Source: an uncultured Candidatus Saccharimonas sp. (GTDB taxonomy: Bacteria; Patescibacteriota; Saccharimonadia; Saccharimonadales; OMJO01). Taken from it: a stretch of 64,000 nt of DNA. The notes under the pieces were generated by a model. The model had not been told where the DNA came from and did no database searches. It worked only from the letters and a program-made list of their open reading frames with translations. The position numbers and the translations under genes are program-made. This document shows positions 34,498 to 43,617 of the stretch, piece after piece (the first letter of the stretch is position 1; the number at the start of each line of letters is the position of its first letter). The stretch spans positions 109,803-173,802 of the forward strand of contig CALRAM010000001.1 in the NCBI GenBank assembly GCA_943353165.1. The letters are read 5' to 3'.

Positions 34498-35628
34498 TTA
34501 TGTTCGTTTTTTTGCAATAACCTGAGCGTAAAGTCCTATTATCACAGGGCCCACCCTGGCTACATCATAATTCAGTATGTGTTTTGATTGCCACACAGAA
34601 GCTTTTTTTCTATTCAGAGAATTAAAAGCAAAGTATTTAAGTGTTTTTATCAAAAGTGTAGTATTTTTGGGATCAAATAATTGATTAGGTCTGTCTTTTA
34701 ACACAGATCTATATCCAATATTATCGCCACCTAGCACAACATTACTTTTTGATGCCATTGCCTCTAGCAATACTATTCCAAAACTCTCCCCACCTAGACT
34801 GGGAAATATGGCAATATCTGCACTAGCCAAATAGTTAGGTTTTTCTTTTTCAGTCAGAAAGCCGGTAAATTGGACACATTTGGATAATCTATGATGTTTT
34901 ACATAATCATGCAGTTGCGATTCTTGCGGCCCTTTTCCGCAAACAAGCACACGAACACCACCCAATAAATTCTGTAAATGCATCTCTTGAATAGCTTTTA
35001 AAAGCTCCATGCACCCCTTTCTCTCTACTAATCGACCCAGGAATACTATGTTTACTTTGCCATCATCGTATTTCTTTATTTTTTTGCCCGCATGAAATAA
35101 AGATAAATTTATAACGTTGGGTGATACGAGTGAGCTTACTCCGAAATTTTTCTTAGCAAACTTTCTGGCAGGTTCTGAGACGCTAATTACTGAATCAAAT
35201 TTCCTTAGATTTTTCCACAATATAATTCTGAGTAATTTAGTGGCGTATTTTTCTTTTGCAGAAAAGGGAATAATATGAAAAGTTCCTATAATAGCTGTTT
35301 TTGGACTAGCCGCTTTTATGACTCTACCGGCCATAAATGGACTATACGGCATCTGAATATGCAAAACATCAAATTGCTGGGCGTCTAAGAGATCTTTTAT
35401 TTTTTTCTTGTTCGATGGTAGAGGTGTGGACATACGATTTTGGTTAAAATGAACCTGTATATTTTTGCTCATACTATGTATATTTTTGATGTCTTTTCTA
35501 TTTGTTTGTCCAACTATATAATGAACCTCGTGCCCATTTTTTGTGTACCAATTACCTAGAGTCAGAACGTATTGCTGAACTCCGTCAGATTTGTCCAGAC
35601 TATCGTCCAGAACCATACCTATTTTCAT
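34498..35628 (-). CDS. glycosyltransferase family 4 (GT-B)
   Basis: GGESFGIVLLEAMA (E-x7-E motif). Confidence 0.8.
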   Translation of the reverse strand: MKIGMVLDDSLDKSDGVQQYVLTLGNWYTKNGHEVHYIVGQTNRKDIKNIHSMSKNIQVHFNQNRMSTPLPSNKKKIKDLLDAQQFDVLHIQMPYSPFMAGRVIKAASPKTAIIGTFHIIPFSAKEKYATKLLRIILWKNLRKFDSVISVSEPARKFAKKNFGVSSLVSPNVINLSLFHAGKKIKKYDDGKVNIVFLGRLVERKGCMELLKAIQEMHLQNLLGGVRVLVCGKGPQESQLHDYVKHHRLSKCVQFTGFLTEKEKPNYLASADIAIFPSLGGESFGIVLLEAMASKSNVVLGGDNIGYRSVLKDRPNQLFDPKNTTLLIKTLKYFAFNSLNRKKASVWQSKHILNYDVARVGPVIIGLYAQVIAKKRT

Positions 35629-35629
35629 G

Positions 35630-36736
35630 TTATTTTACCGTCTGCTTATATAGGTCTTCGTATTGGTCAATTATGTTTTTATACGAAAACTGTTTTACGT
35701 ATTCTAGCGCCCATTCCTTCCATAATGTCCTGATATCCTCGTCATATAGCATGATATTTAATTTTCGGGCAAACTCCTCTGAATCTTTTGGATTAACCAG
35801 ACTGAGGGAACCTTTGCCTTTCATGACAGAGCTATAACCAGGGTTGTCACCTGCAACTATTGGAATACCGCAAGCCATTGCTTCTAGTAAGACTATGCCA
35901 AAACTTTCGCCAAATAATGCAGGAGAACAAAAAACAGTGGCGTTAGCCAATAGTTCCATTTTCTTATCGTCTGCAACATAACCCAAAAATTTAACTTTAT
36001 CTAATTCTAGTTTCTTGGATAAGCTCTCTAGCTTCTCGCGGTCTGGACCATCCCCCGCTATCAGAAGTCTTGTTTCTGGATTTTGCTTTAATACCAGACT
36101 GTATGCTTGCAGCAAATATTTTATACCTTTTCTCTTTTCTAATCTTCCAATGTATAAAATATTTGAAGTAGTGCTGTTTTTGGTGCTACTTTTGTATGTA
36201 TTCAAATCGATGCCATTGGGAATTATACGGACATTCTTTTCTGTCAAACTACGAATATATACAGCTCCAGCGTCTGAAACTGCGGTCAAGGTGTCCAAAT
36301 ATTTCAATACTGACTTGGTGTACGGGGTAATTATGGCTTCTATGGTTTTGCTCATAACTGTATCCGGTAATTTTGCATGAAAGGTGGCGATGTTTTTTGC
36401 CTTACTCCTAGATAAAATCTGACGACTAAGGATTGGAACCCACGGCTCATGAAAATGTATTATATCAAAATTGTGTTTATGTAATTCTCTGGTTAATGAT
36501 TCTGTATTTACGCTGACAGAAATCTGTGAAGTAGTATGAAAAGGCGATTTTAAATCTGTTGACCTACCTATCAAAAGTATCTTTTGGTCGTAACTTTCAG
36601 GAATAATTTTGGGGGCAGGGGATATGATGTATGCGTCATATCCGCGATTGTTGAGTTCATGAAAAATAGCCAGGACGCATTCCTGGACGCCACCACTTTT
36701 AAATATATTGTATGGACAAACCAAGCCTATTTTCAT
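35630..36736 (-). CDS. glycosyltransferase family 4 (GT-B)
   Basis: FGESFGIVLLEAMACGIPIV (E-x7-E motif). It lies in tandem with the preceding GT4. Confidence 0.8.
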   Translation of the reverse strand: MKIGLVCPYNIFKSGGVQECVLAIFHELNNRGYDAYIISPAPKIIPESYDQKILLIGRSTDLKSPFHTTSQISVSVNTESLTRELHKHNFDIIHFHEPWVPILSRQILSRSKAKNIATFHAKLPDTVMSKTIEAIITPYTKSVLKYLDTLTAVSDAGAVYIRSLTEKNVRIIPNGIDLNTYKSSTKNSTTSNILYIGRLEKRKGIKYLLQAYSLVLKQNPETRLLIAGDGPDREKLESLSKKLELDKVKFLGYVADDKKMELLANATVFCSPALFGESFGIVLLEAMACGIPIVAGDNPGYSSVMKGKGSLSLVNPKDSEEFARKLNIMLYDEDIRTLWKEWALEYVKQFSYKNIIDQYEDLYKQTVK

Positions 36737-36759
36737 ATTACTAACAGTATAACCAAGGT

Positions 36760-37689
36760 TTAACGCTTTGCCAAAAGCCGTCGCAGTTTTTGGGGCATAA
36801 ACGGTGCTATGTCTTTAGCGGTAGCAATGACAGTTGGTGCATGTGCGCTGACAACTGATTCCATAATCGTTACTTTTGAAAAAATTATTTTTAGGTGTTG
36901 GGCCACGATATCATTGTTAAAATACCTATCGTCCTTTACTGCGATATGACAAACTGGCAGGTCAACCTGCATGTTGCATAGATCAGCAGTCAGCATAGTC
37001 ACAGATGTATCCATATATGTTCTGATATCGTTTGATTGCCACAGAATTATTTCAAAATTTATTCGATGATTTTTTTCTGCCTCGTCTGCATCTTTTAGTT
37101 TGCTATGAGTGTCTGCAACCCTGTTATACGTAAACCTTATCAAACTGGGTCTCAGCAAAACGTGTTTTATAAACAATGCAGGTAGCCAATTTGAAAAAAA
37201 GCTAGACGTGTATCTAAAGATTAAGTAATTTCTACGCTTAAACCGAAACTCATCATGGTGCACAAAACCTACTGTGCTGACAAGCAGATCTACCTTTTTA
37301 GCCAAGTCTGGATAACGTTGAAGCATCCTAGTAACTATCAAAAATCCCAACGACATTCCCATGACGGTAATACGCTTATTTTTGTATCGCAGCTTTATAA
37401 ATGTCGCCAAATAATCAGCCAAATTATCTAGCGAAGGTTTTTTGCCAATCCGATAAAAACTATCCATTCCGCCAAAGCCTGGCAAATCTGGCATAGTTAC
37501 TGTTCCATACCTGTTTAGTTCTAAAGCCAGCCCATACAGGCGCTCTATGCTGGCGTGATGCCCATATACAACAAGCAATTCTTTGTCTTTGCCTTTTGGA
37601 GCAGGCAGACGAAGCATACGTCCGCGTAGGCCATTTATATTCAACGAATGTAGATACTCATCAATGTTTTTGGTAGTTTTTGTCGCCAT
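36760..37689 (-). CDS. alpha/beta-fold hydrolase
   Basis: Nucleophile elbow GMSLG and the HG-type region VVYGHHAS. Confidence 0.6.
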   Translation of the reverse strand: MATKTTKNIDEYLHSLNINGLRGRMLRLPAPKGKDKELLVVYGHHASIERLYGLALELNRYGTVTMPDLPGFGGMDSFYRIGKKPSLDNLADYLATFIKLRYKNKRITVMGMSLGFLIVTRMLQRYPDLAKKVDLLVSTVGFVHHDEFRFKRRNYLIFRYTSSFFSNWLPALFIKHVLLRPSLIRFTYNRVADTHSKLKDADEAEKNHRINFEIILWQSNDIRTYMDTSVTMLTADLCNMQVDLPVCHIAVKDDRYFNNDIVAQHLKIIFSKVTIMESVVSAHAPTVIATAKDIAPFMPQKLRRLLAKR

Positions 37690-37809
37690 ATATGACCCAA
37701 CTCTACACGGTATTGCTATATTTCAGCAACCTTTATCAATATTTATTCGACTATTTAGCACTTATAAGCTAAAATCTAACCTGTTAGTTGGTGTAAAATT
37801 TAGCTATGA

Positions 37810-37884
37810 TGGGATGTGGCCAAGTGGTAAGGCACCAGTTTTTGGTACTGGCATTCGGGGGTTCGAATCCCTCCATCCCAGCCA
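37810..37884 (+). tRNA. tRNA-Gln (anticodon UUG)
   Basis: Acceptor TGGGATG/CATCCCA; anticodon stem CCAGT/ACTGG with loop TTTTGGT; T-arm GGGGG-TTCGAAT-CCCTC; encoded CCA. Confidence 0.8.
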
Positions 37885-37892
37885 CAAAATGT

Positions 37893-37916
37893 CCACCTCA
37901 TGTAGGTGGTTTTTTT
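37893..37916 (+). terminator. Rho-independent terminator after tRNA-Gln
   Basis: CCACCT-CATGT-AGGTGG followed by TTTTTTT. Confidence 0.65.
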
Positions 37917-38055
37917 GTAGGTTTGACTGCGGTCTATTAGAACCCCACGACAAAGTCGTTAAAAGGGTTCGGCGTAGAGATGCTAGGCGCAGGAGTTTAC
38001 TCCGAGCATGGCTGAACAGAAAAGGACGAAGTTCGCTATCCCTTCAACCCAGTCA
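37917..38055 (+). repeat. GC-rich tRNA-flanking structured element, copy 2 (ORF-less), ending in a diverged copy of the tRNA-Gln 3' end
   Basis: GAACCC...GGGTTC hairpin (37940-37970), GGTTCGGCGTAG, GCGCAG-GGAGTTTACTCC-GAG, and AAAGGACGAAGTTCGCTATCC (38021-38041; 20 of 21 nt match 986-1006). Nt 38038-38055 match 15 of 18 nt of 37867-37884. Confidence 0.6.
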
Positions 38056-38225
38056 GGGTTCGACAAACTACATATTTGTGAGACTAACGGACCATTTTTG
38101 ATTTAGTAATTCAAATACCCAAAATAAAGATCGATATAAAACATATCTATAAAACAAAATATATTGACTCCGTATATGTAATATTGTGTTATAATACTAC
38201 TGTTTAAAAGATACTAGAGAGAAAT

Positions 38226-39335
38226 ATGCCAAATATTGAACTATGGCCTGATGTATTCGAAATAGAACCTATCCCGTCAGAATTACGGACACTAAACGTA
38301 TTGTCTGACGAATTATTGCCTATTATGGTTAATTTATCTCAAACCGAGCAATATAAAAAATTGGAAAAAATTGGTGCTGCTATGTCTGAAGACAATCTAG
38401 TGCCTGAAATTTCAGATACTTTGATGCATATTTCATCACACAGGAATGCCAGAGTTATTGCTATTAGAGGGCCAGAACCTGATGACGCTGATATAGGTAA
38501 AACTCCGCTGGAGTATCGACAACCCGAAAACAACAAAATTTCTAAAACCGAAATCCGCAGAGGCCTAATCTTGGGCATTATGGGAGTCAATGCTTATGGA
38601 TACACTAGCCAGCAACCTGGCAATATACGAAATGACATAATAGCCATAGATAAACTAAAAAATCTGAACGGTGTTAGCGCCAGCCCAAAAGAGCTGGATT
38701 TGCACACAGAAGATGCATCTTATAACTTAATAGGCGCACAAGATTCTTCAGGTAATATCTTGCCAAACAATTATAACGCCTCGCCAGACTGGCTAACTCT
38801 TAGTTTTTTGAGAAATCCTGACAATATTCCTACTTTTATATCAGTCCCGAATGCTGACAACATTAGCCCAGAAGCGCGCGAACTATTGTCGATGCCTTAC
38901 TACAGAAACTTAACAAACCCAGGGCAGGGTGGAACAGCCAATGATGCTGATTACAATTCTTCTGTAATTTACTCTATCGATGATTCTGAACCTTATTTTC
39001 GTATAAATACTTCAAACATAATAACAATAGCTAGCGCTCCAAAAAAGGCAAAAGAAGCACTGGGAGAGTTTATTTCTCATTTAGATGATATGTCGTTCGA
39101 TTTGCCAGTAACACCTGGAACCATAGTAGTCATAGACAACCTACGCGTCATGCACGGTAGACGTGCATACGGTAAAAATTTACCAAAATATGACGGTTAT
39201 GACCGCTGGCAACAGAGAATAGTCGCAACAGATGATTTGGACAGAATCAAACCGTTTGAAGTTTCCGAACGAATTGTTGATCCTATGGAACTAATAAAAT
39301 TAGCTGCAGTTCGACGCAAAAATGAAGTAGAATAG
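38226..39335 (+). CDS. clavaminate-synthase-like / TauD-family Fe(II)/2-oxoglutarate oxygenase (amino-acid hydroxylase-like)
   Basis: An H-x-E facial-triad candidate DLHTEDAS and the distal VVIDNLRVMHGRRAY are as in VioC/AsnO-type enzymes. Confidence 0.5.
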   Translation: MPNIELWPDVFEIEPIPSELRTLNVLSDELLPIMVNLSQTEQYKKLEKIGAAMSEDNLVPEISDTLMHISSHRNARVIAIRGPEPDDADIGKTPLEYRQPENNKISKTEIRRGLILGIMGVNAYGYTSQQPGNIRNDIIAIDKLKNLNGVSASPKELDLHTEDASYNLIGAQDSSGNILPNNYNASPDWLTLSFLRNPDNIPTFISVPNADNISPEARELLSMPYYRNLTNPGQGGTANDADYNSSVIYSIDDSEPYFRINTSNIITIASAPKKAKEALGEFISHLDDMSFDLPVTPGTIVVIDNLRVMHGRRAYGKNLPKYDGYDRWQQRIVATDDLDRIKPFEVSERIVDPMELIKLAAVRRKNEVE

Positions 39336-39340
39336 ATACA

Positions 39341-40684
39341 ATGAACAAAGTTGCGATAATAGGCTACGGAATAGAAGGCAAACAGTCTGCAAAATATTTT
39401 AGGGACAACGGGAACCTAGTAACTATATGCGATGCAAATGAAGATCTAGATATTCCCAGCTATTACGAAAAAAACCTAGGAAAAGGCCACCTAAATAATC
39501 TAGAAAAATTTGACGTCATAGTCAGAACGGCTGGCATACATCCTGCAAAGATTTTGCAAGCCAACCCTCAGCATCCTGAAATATTAAAACGCATAACGAC
39601 TAGCCTCAACGAATTCTTGGCAGTCTGCCCAAGCCATAACATCATAGGAATTACCGGCACAAAAGGGAAAGGTACAACTTGTACGCTAGTAAAACTAGTG
39701 CTCGATGCCGCTGGAGTTCCTAATCATCTGGGCGGAAATATAGGCATAGCACCACTAACTATGCTAAAAAGTATCAAGCCAAACGATTGGGTGATTTTAG
39801 AGCTTTCCAGCTTTCAGCTGATAGATATCAAACACCACATACCATTGGCTGTGTGTTTGGTTATTTATCCTGAACATTTGAATTGGCATGCCGACATGGC
39901 TGAGTATTTGGCGGCAAAGGCTAATCTATTCAAGCATCAACTATCTTCTGACACCTCAATTTACGATGCAAACTCTGAACAATCCAGACTGATAGCTAGT
40001 GCCGGACCAGCCAAAAAACTCATGTACGACGTGCCCAAAATAGGAAATGAACCAGAGAAAACAAAATCTGCTTATGTCCGTGGTAATAACATTTATCATA
40101 ACAATACTCTAGTAATGCCATTGTCCGATGTTGCATTGCCGGGTCGTTATAATCTGGCAAATATATGTGCGGCTATATCAATAGTTTGGCCAATTATAAA
40201 CGGCGATACGAAATCAATAGTTGAAGTAGTAAGCACTTTCAAGGGATTGGCTCACCATATGGAATATGTGACAGAAATTGACGGTGTTAAATACATCAAT
40301 GATTCCTATTCTACTATGCCGGATGCAACTATAGCGGCAATAGAAACTGTAACTGAACCAAAAGTTTTGATATTGGGCGGTTACGACAAAAAATTACCCT
40401 TTGACAACATGATAAAAGCTATATCGAAGTCCCAAATTAGACAAGTTTTACTGATAGGCTCGCTTGCTAAAGATTTGCAAAAAATGCTAAATGATTCAGG
40501 CATGTCAAAAACAACTTTAGTTGACAATGACATGGAATCAATCGTTCTGGCCTGCAAAAAATTTGCGCAACCAGGCGACACGGTTCTACTATCTCCGGGT
40601 TGTGCCGCAAAAGGCGACGGCTATTTCATAGATAACGTAGACCGCGGCAACCAGTTCAAGCATATCTTGTCTACCACCTACTAA
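39341..40684 (+). CDS. murD: UDP-N-acetylmuramoyl-L-alanine--D-glutamate ligase
   Basis: GITGTKGKGTT P-loop with Mur ligase middle and C-terminal patterns (LGGNIG, ELSSFQL). Confidence 0.85.
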   Translation: MNKVAIIGYGIEGKQSAKYFRDNGNLVTICDANEDLDIPSYYEKNLGKGHLNNLEKFDVIVRTAGIHPAKILQANPQHPEILKRITTSLNEFLAVCPSHNIIGITGTKGKGTTCTLVKLVLDAAGVPNHLGGNIGIAPLTMLKSIKPNDWVILELSSFQLIDIKHHIPLAVCLVIYPEHLNWHADMAEYLAAKANLFKHQLSSDTSIYDANSEQSRLIASAGPAKKLMYDVPKIGNEPEKTKSAYVRGNNIYHNNTLVMPLSDVALPGRYNLANICAAISIVWPIINGDTKSIVEVVSTFKGLAHHMEYVTEIDGVKYINDSYSTMPDATIAAIETVTEPKVLILGGYDKKLPFDNMIKAISKSQIRQVLLIGSLAKDLQKMLNDSGMSKTTLVDNDMESIVLACKKFAQPGDTVLLSPGCAAKGDGYFIDNVDRGNQFKHILSTTY

Positions 40685-40730
40685 TAGCCAGCAGATAATT
40701 ATCTACGACGGTTATGCTAAAATATTAGAG

Positions 40731-41294
40731 ATGAAGCAACCTCGAAACAAAAAAACAAGTTGGCTTCGACCCAGAGTTTTGTCTATATCTAGAATTCATT
40801 TTATTTTTGTATTTAGTTATACTGCCCAGATAGTTTTATTTAACGCATCGAATACACTAACACCATACGCTGTAATGCAACGTTGGATTGTTGCAGGATT
40901 GCTACTAAGTATAAATGTTTTCGTATGGTATATAGCGAAGAATAGAGTTACACATACTGTAACCTACAAAAAATTAGTGTTTTTGATGATTCTTGCAGAT
41001 ATTGCTATGGCTAGTTTCAATGTATATGTTCAACGGGGCATGGCTAGCAAGGCAGTGGCCCTCTACGCTATTCCTATTGTAGTTTCGGCTATTTTAGCTT
41101 CTAGGTCTGCGTTAATTGCTACCTCAACACTGTGTATTATTGCCTACAGTACGACAGCTATTAGTTATTTTGTTCTAAATTTTAATGAAGGCTACAAGGC
41201 AGAACTTTACGGGGAAATAGCTACTTATAGTGTTTTGTTTATTATTTTGGCGCTATTATTGTGGACCGTGGTTCGACACAATCATTCAGAGTAG
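40731..41294 (+). CDS. membrane protein, unknown function
   Basis: 187 aa with 5-6 hydrophobic spans. Confidence 0.5.
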   Translation: MKQPRNKKTSWLRPRVLSISRIHFIFVFSYTAQIVLFNASNTLTPYAVMQRWIVAGLLLSINVFVWYIAKNRVTHTVTYKKLVFLMILADIAMASFNVYVQRGMASKAVALYAIPIVVSAILASRSALIATSTLCIIAYSTTAISYFVLNFNEGYKAELYGEIATYSVLFIILALLLWTVVRHNHSE

Positions 41295-41298
41295 TTTG

Positions 41299-41508
41299 CT
41301 AGCTTTTGCGGAGCATCAGTCGCAGGTTTGATAGATAATGGCTGGGGTTGGTGGTGGGGTGAGATTTTAGATATGCCAAATGACAATCTACAAAAGAAAT
41401 AAGGTTATCGGGCCATAATAAAGTGTTTGCTCTGTAAGCTGACTCTGTAACCAAAAAAGGGTCAGACTCCATAGCCTGTAAAGCGTCTGATATTTCTAAT
41501 TGATCCAT
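41299..41508 (-). CDS. hypothetical small protein
   Basis: 69-aa ORF with an AGGAGG RBS. A 17-codon Lys-rich mini-ORF (MSKDKGRKETKKPKAPK) lies immediately upstream at about 41523-41576. Confidence 0.4.
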   Translation of the reverse strand: MDQLEISDALQAMESDPFLVTESAYRANTLLWPDNLISFVDCHLAYLKSHPTTNPSHYLSNLRLMLRKS

Positions 41509-41771
41509 AAAAACCTCCTATATTTTCGGTGCTTTAGGTTTCTTGGTTTCTTTTCTACCCTTGTCTTTACTCATAACTGTATATAAGTATACACCCGTAA
41601 GGTCATAATAACTACCTTATTTGTATGCCAAAAACCAGTTATGCTAGACAAAATACAAATCATGTGCTATTATTATAGTAATTGTTTAAATGAATCCGGG
41701 TTAGTGTGACTAATGTACTCGACTTCATAAGGGCAACCGAGTACTAAACTAACTGATAGGATTCTATTTTT

Positions 41772-43010
41772 ATGTATAAACCAAACCGAAATGGCGTTGG
41801 CCCAAGTGGCTCGCGCGGAAGAGGACTGAGTTATTCCTCGAGCAATCGAGGTCGTAGCAACAGTCGTGGCAGCAGAAAGCAGTCTATTGACCCTAGGCGC
41901 TTCATAAAGGCCGCCCAGCCGATAACTGCAGTGGACTATGTTGCTGACAATATGTTCAATGATTTTGATATTCATGAACTGTTAAAAACAAATATCGCTG
42001 CACGTGGTTACAAAGCACCCTCTCATATTCAAGACAAATCTATTCCAGTAGGCCTACAAGGCAAGGATGTTATCGGCATAGCCAACACAGGAACTGGCAA
42101 AACGGCTGCATTTTCTATACCACTTCTAAACAAAATGTTGTCTAGCCCGAAAAGTCGAGCTCTGATAATTGCTCCAACACGCGAACTAGCCATGCAGATA
42201 GAGAGCGAGATACGCTTGTTTGCAAAGGGCAGTGGCCTGATGGGTGCGCTATTGATTGGCGGAATGCCAATACAGCGTCAATTTCGTGAACTACGCGAAA
42301 AACCAAATATCGTCATAGGAACACCTGGCAGGATTAAAGACCACGTAAAAAGAGGCGAACTTGCCCTGCACACTTTTGACATCATAGTATTAGACGAAGT
42401 TGACCGTATGGTAGACATGGGCTTTATAGATGATATACGGTACTTGCTGAATGAATTACCCAAAGAACGACAATCGCTGTTCTTTTCTGCTACATTGGAC
42501 GCAAACTTACGCAGTTTGATAGAAAGTTTTATGCGAGATCCAGTCATGATTTCCGTCAAAACTGGAGACACTAGCGACAATGTAGAACAAAACGTAGTAT
42601 ATTTTCAGGGTACAGGCCAAAAAATAGATATGCTTCATGACATTCTAATCAAACCAGATGTATCAAAAGTATTAATATTTAGCGAAACAAAACGTAACGT
42701 AGAGCGCTTGAGCACCAACCTGGTAGAACGTGGCTTTAAAGCTGACGCCCTGCATGGCGACAAATCTCAATCCCAAAGATTACGTGCCCTAAAAAGCTTT
42801 CGCGATAATAACGTAAACATTTTAGTGGCTACTGATGTAGCTGCTAGAGGTATTGATGTTGCAGACATTACGCATGTTATAAATTTTGACATTCCTAACA
42901 CCTATGATGACTATACTCACCGTGTAGGTAGAGCAGGTCGCGGCAGCAATACTGGATTTGCACTTACTTTCGTAGAGCAAAGCGCAGCATCAAACTACGG
43001 TCGATACTAA
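41772..43010 (+). CDS. DEAD-box ATP-dependent RNA helicase with an RG/RS-rich N-terminus
   Basis: Q-motif region, AxTGTGKT (IANTGTGKTAAF), VLDEVDRM, SAT, HRVGRAGRG. Confidence 0.9.
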   Translation: MYKPNRNGVGPSGSRGRGLSYSSSNRGRSNSRGSRKQSIDPRRFIKAAQPITAVDYVADNMFNDFDIHELLKTNIAARGYKAPSHIQDKSIPVGLQGKDVIGIANTGTGKTAAFSIPLLNKMLSSPKSRALIIAPTRELAMQIESEIRLFAKGSGLMGALLIGGMPIQRQFRELREKPNIVIGTPGRIKDHVKRGELALHTFDIIVLDEVDRMVDMGFIDDIRYLLNELPKERQSLFFSATLDANLRSLIESFMRDPVMISVKTGDTSDNVEQNVVYFQGTGQKIDMLHDILIKPDVSKVLIFSETKRNVERLSTNLVERGFKADALHGDKSQSQRLRALKSFRDNNVNILVATDVAARGIDVADITHVINFDIPNTYDDYTHRVGRAGRGSNTGFALTFVEQSAASNYGRY

Positions 43011-43038
43011 TTAAATACTGTAAGTAAACTGGTAGAAA

Positions 43039-43527
43039 CTATCTGCTGGACTTTTTGTATTTAGCTTTGACTTGAAATAGTAAATAAAATCCAATTCCAG
43101 AGACTACAATACTCATGACAACATTAGTTCTTGCGTTATTAATAAACGGAATCATCAAGACATAGACAACATTCAATAATGCAGACAAAAATAACAGATC
43201 CCAACCTTTTTTATTGTTTTTCATGAGTGGTTTATACGACATCAGCAAGGTGATTGCACTTATTGAGAGAATTATAATTCCAGCAAATAAACCTAGTTTT
43301 TCCATACTACTATATGTTTCAGAGATATACAGAACGTTTTCAATAGAAGTATTGCCGTAAAGAGTATTCCACAAATCAAACGCCCAAATAACTTGCATTG
43401 CTCCAAAAATTATAGCAATCCAAGGTAAAACTTTGGTTAATGAAGTTTTAGTAGAGTTTGATATACTTGGCAGGTTTATAAAAAATCGTTCTAGTTTAGT
43501 TTCTATGATCGCAACTTGTTTTATCAT
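43039..43527 (-). CDS. membrane protein, unknown function
   Basis: 162 aa with 4 hydrophobic spans. Confidence 0.5.
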   Translation of the reverse strand: MIKQVAIIETKLERFFINLPSISNSTKTSLTKVLPWIAIIFGAMQVIWAFDLWNTLYGNTSIENVLYISETYSSMEKLGLFAGIIILSISAITLLMSYKPLMKNNKKGWDLLFLSALLNVVYVLMIPFINNARTNVVMSIVVSGIGFYLLFQVKAKYKKSSR

Positions 43528-43617
43528 AAATTTTCCTTTGTTTAGCTTATGGTTATAAGCTTATACCCAATATAAAGATACCGCAAGTATTCTTTGTTAT
43601 AGATGTACAATATACAT

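Noticed and set aside
37583-38101. 172-aa plus-strand ORF
   Set aside because: It starts antisense inside the hydrolase gene and reads through tRNA-Gln and the repeat element. Its peptide is not similar to the frames over the other two element copies, so the conservation is at nucleotide or structure level.
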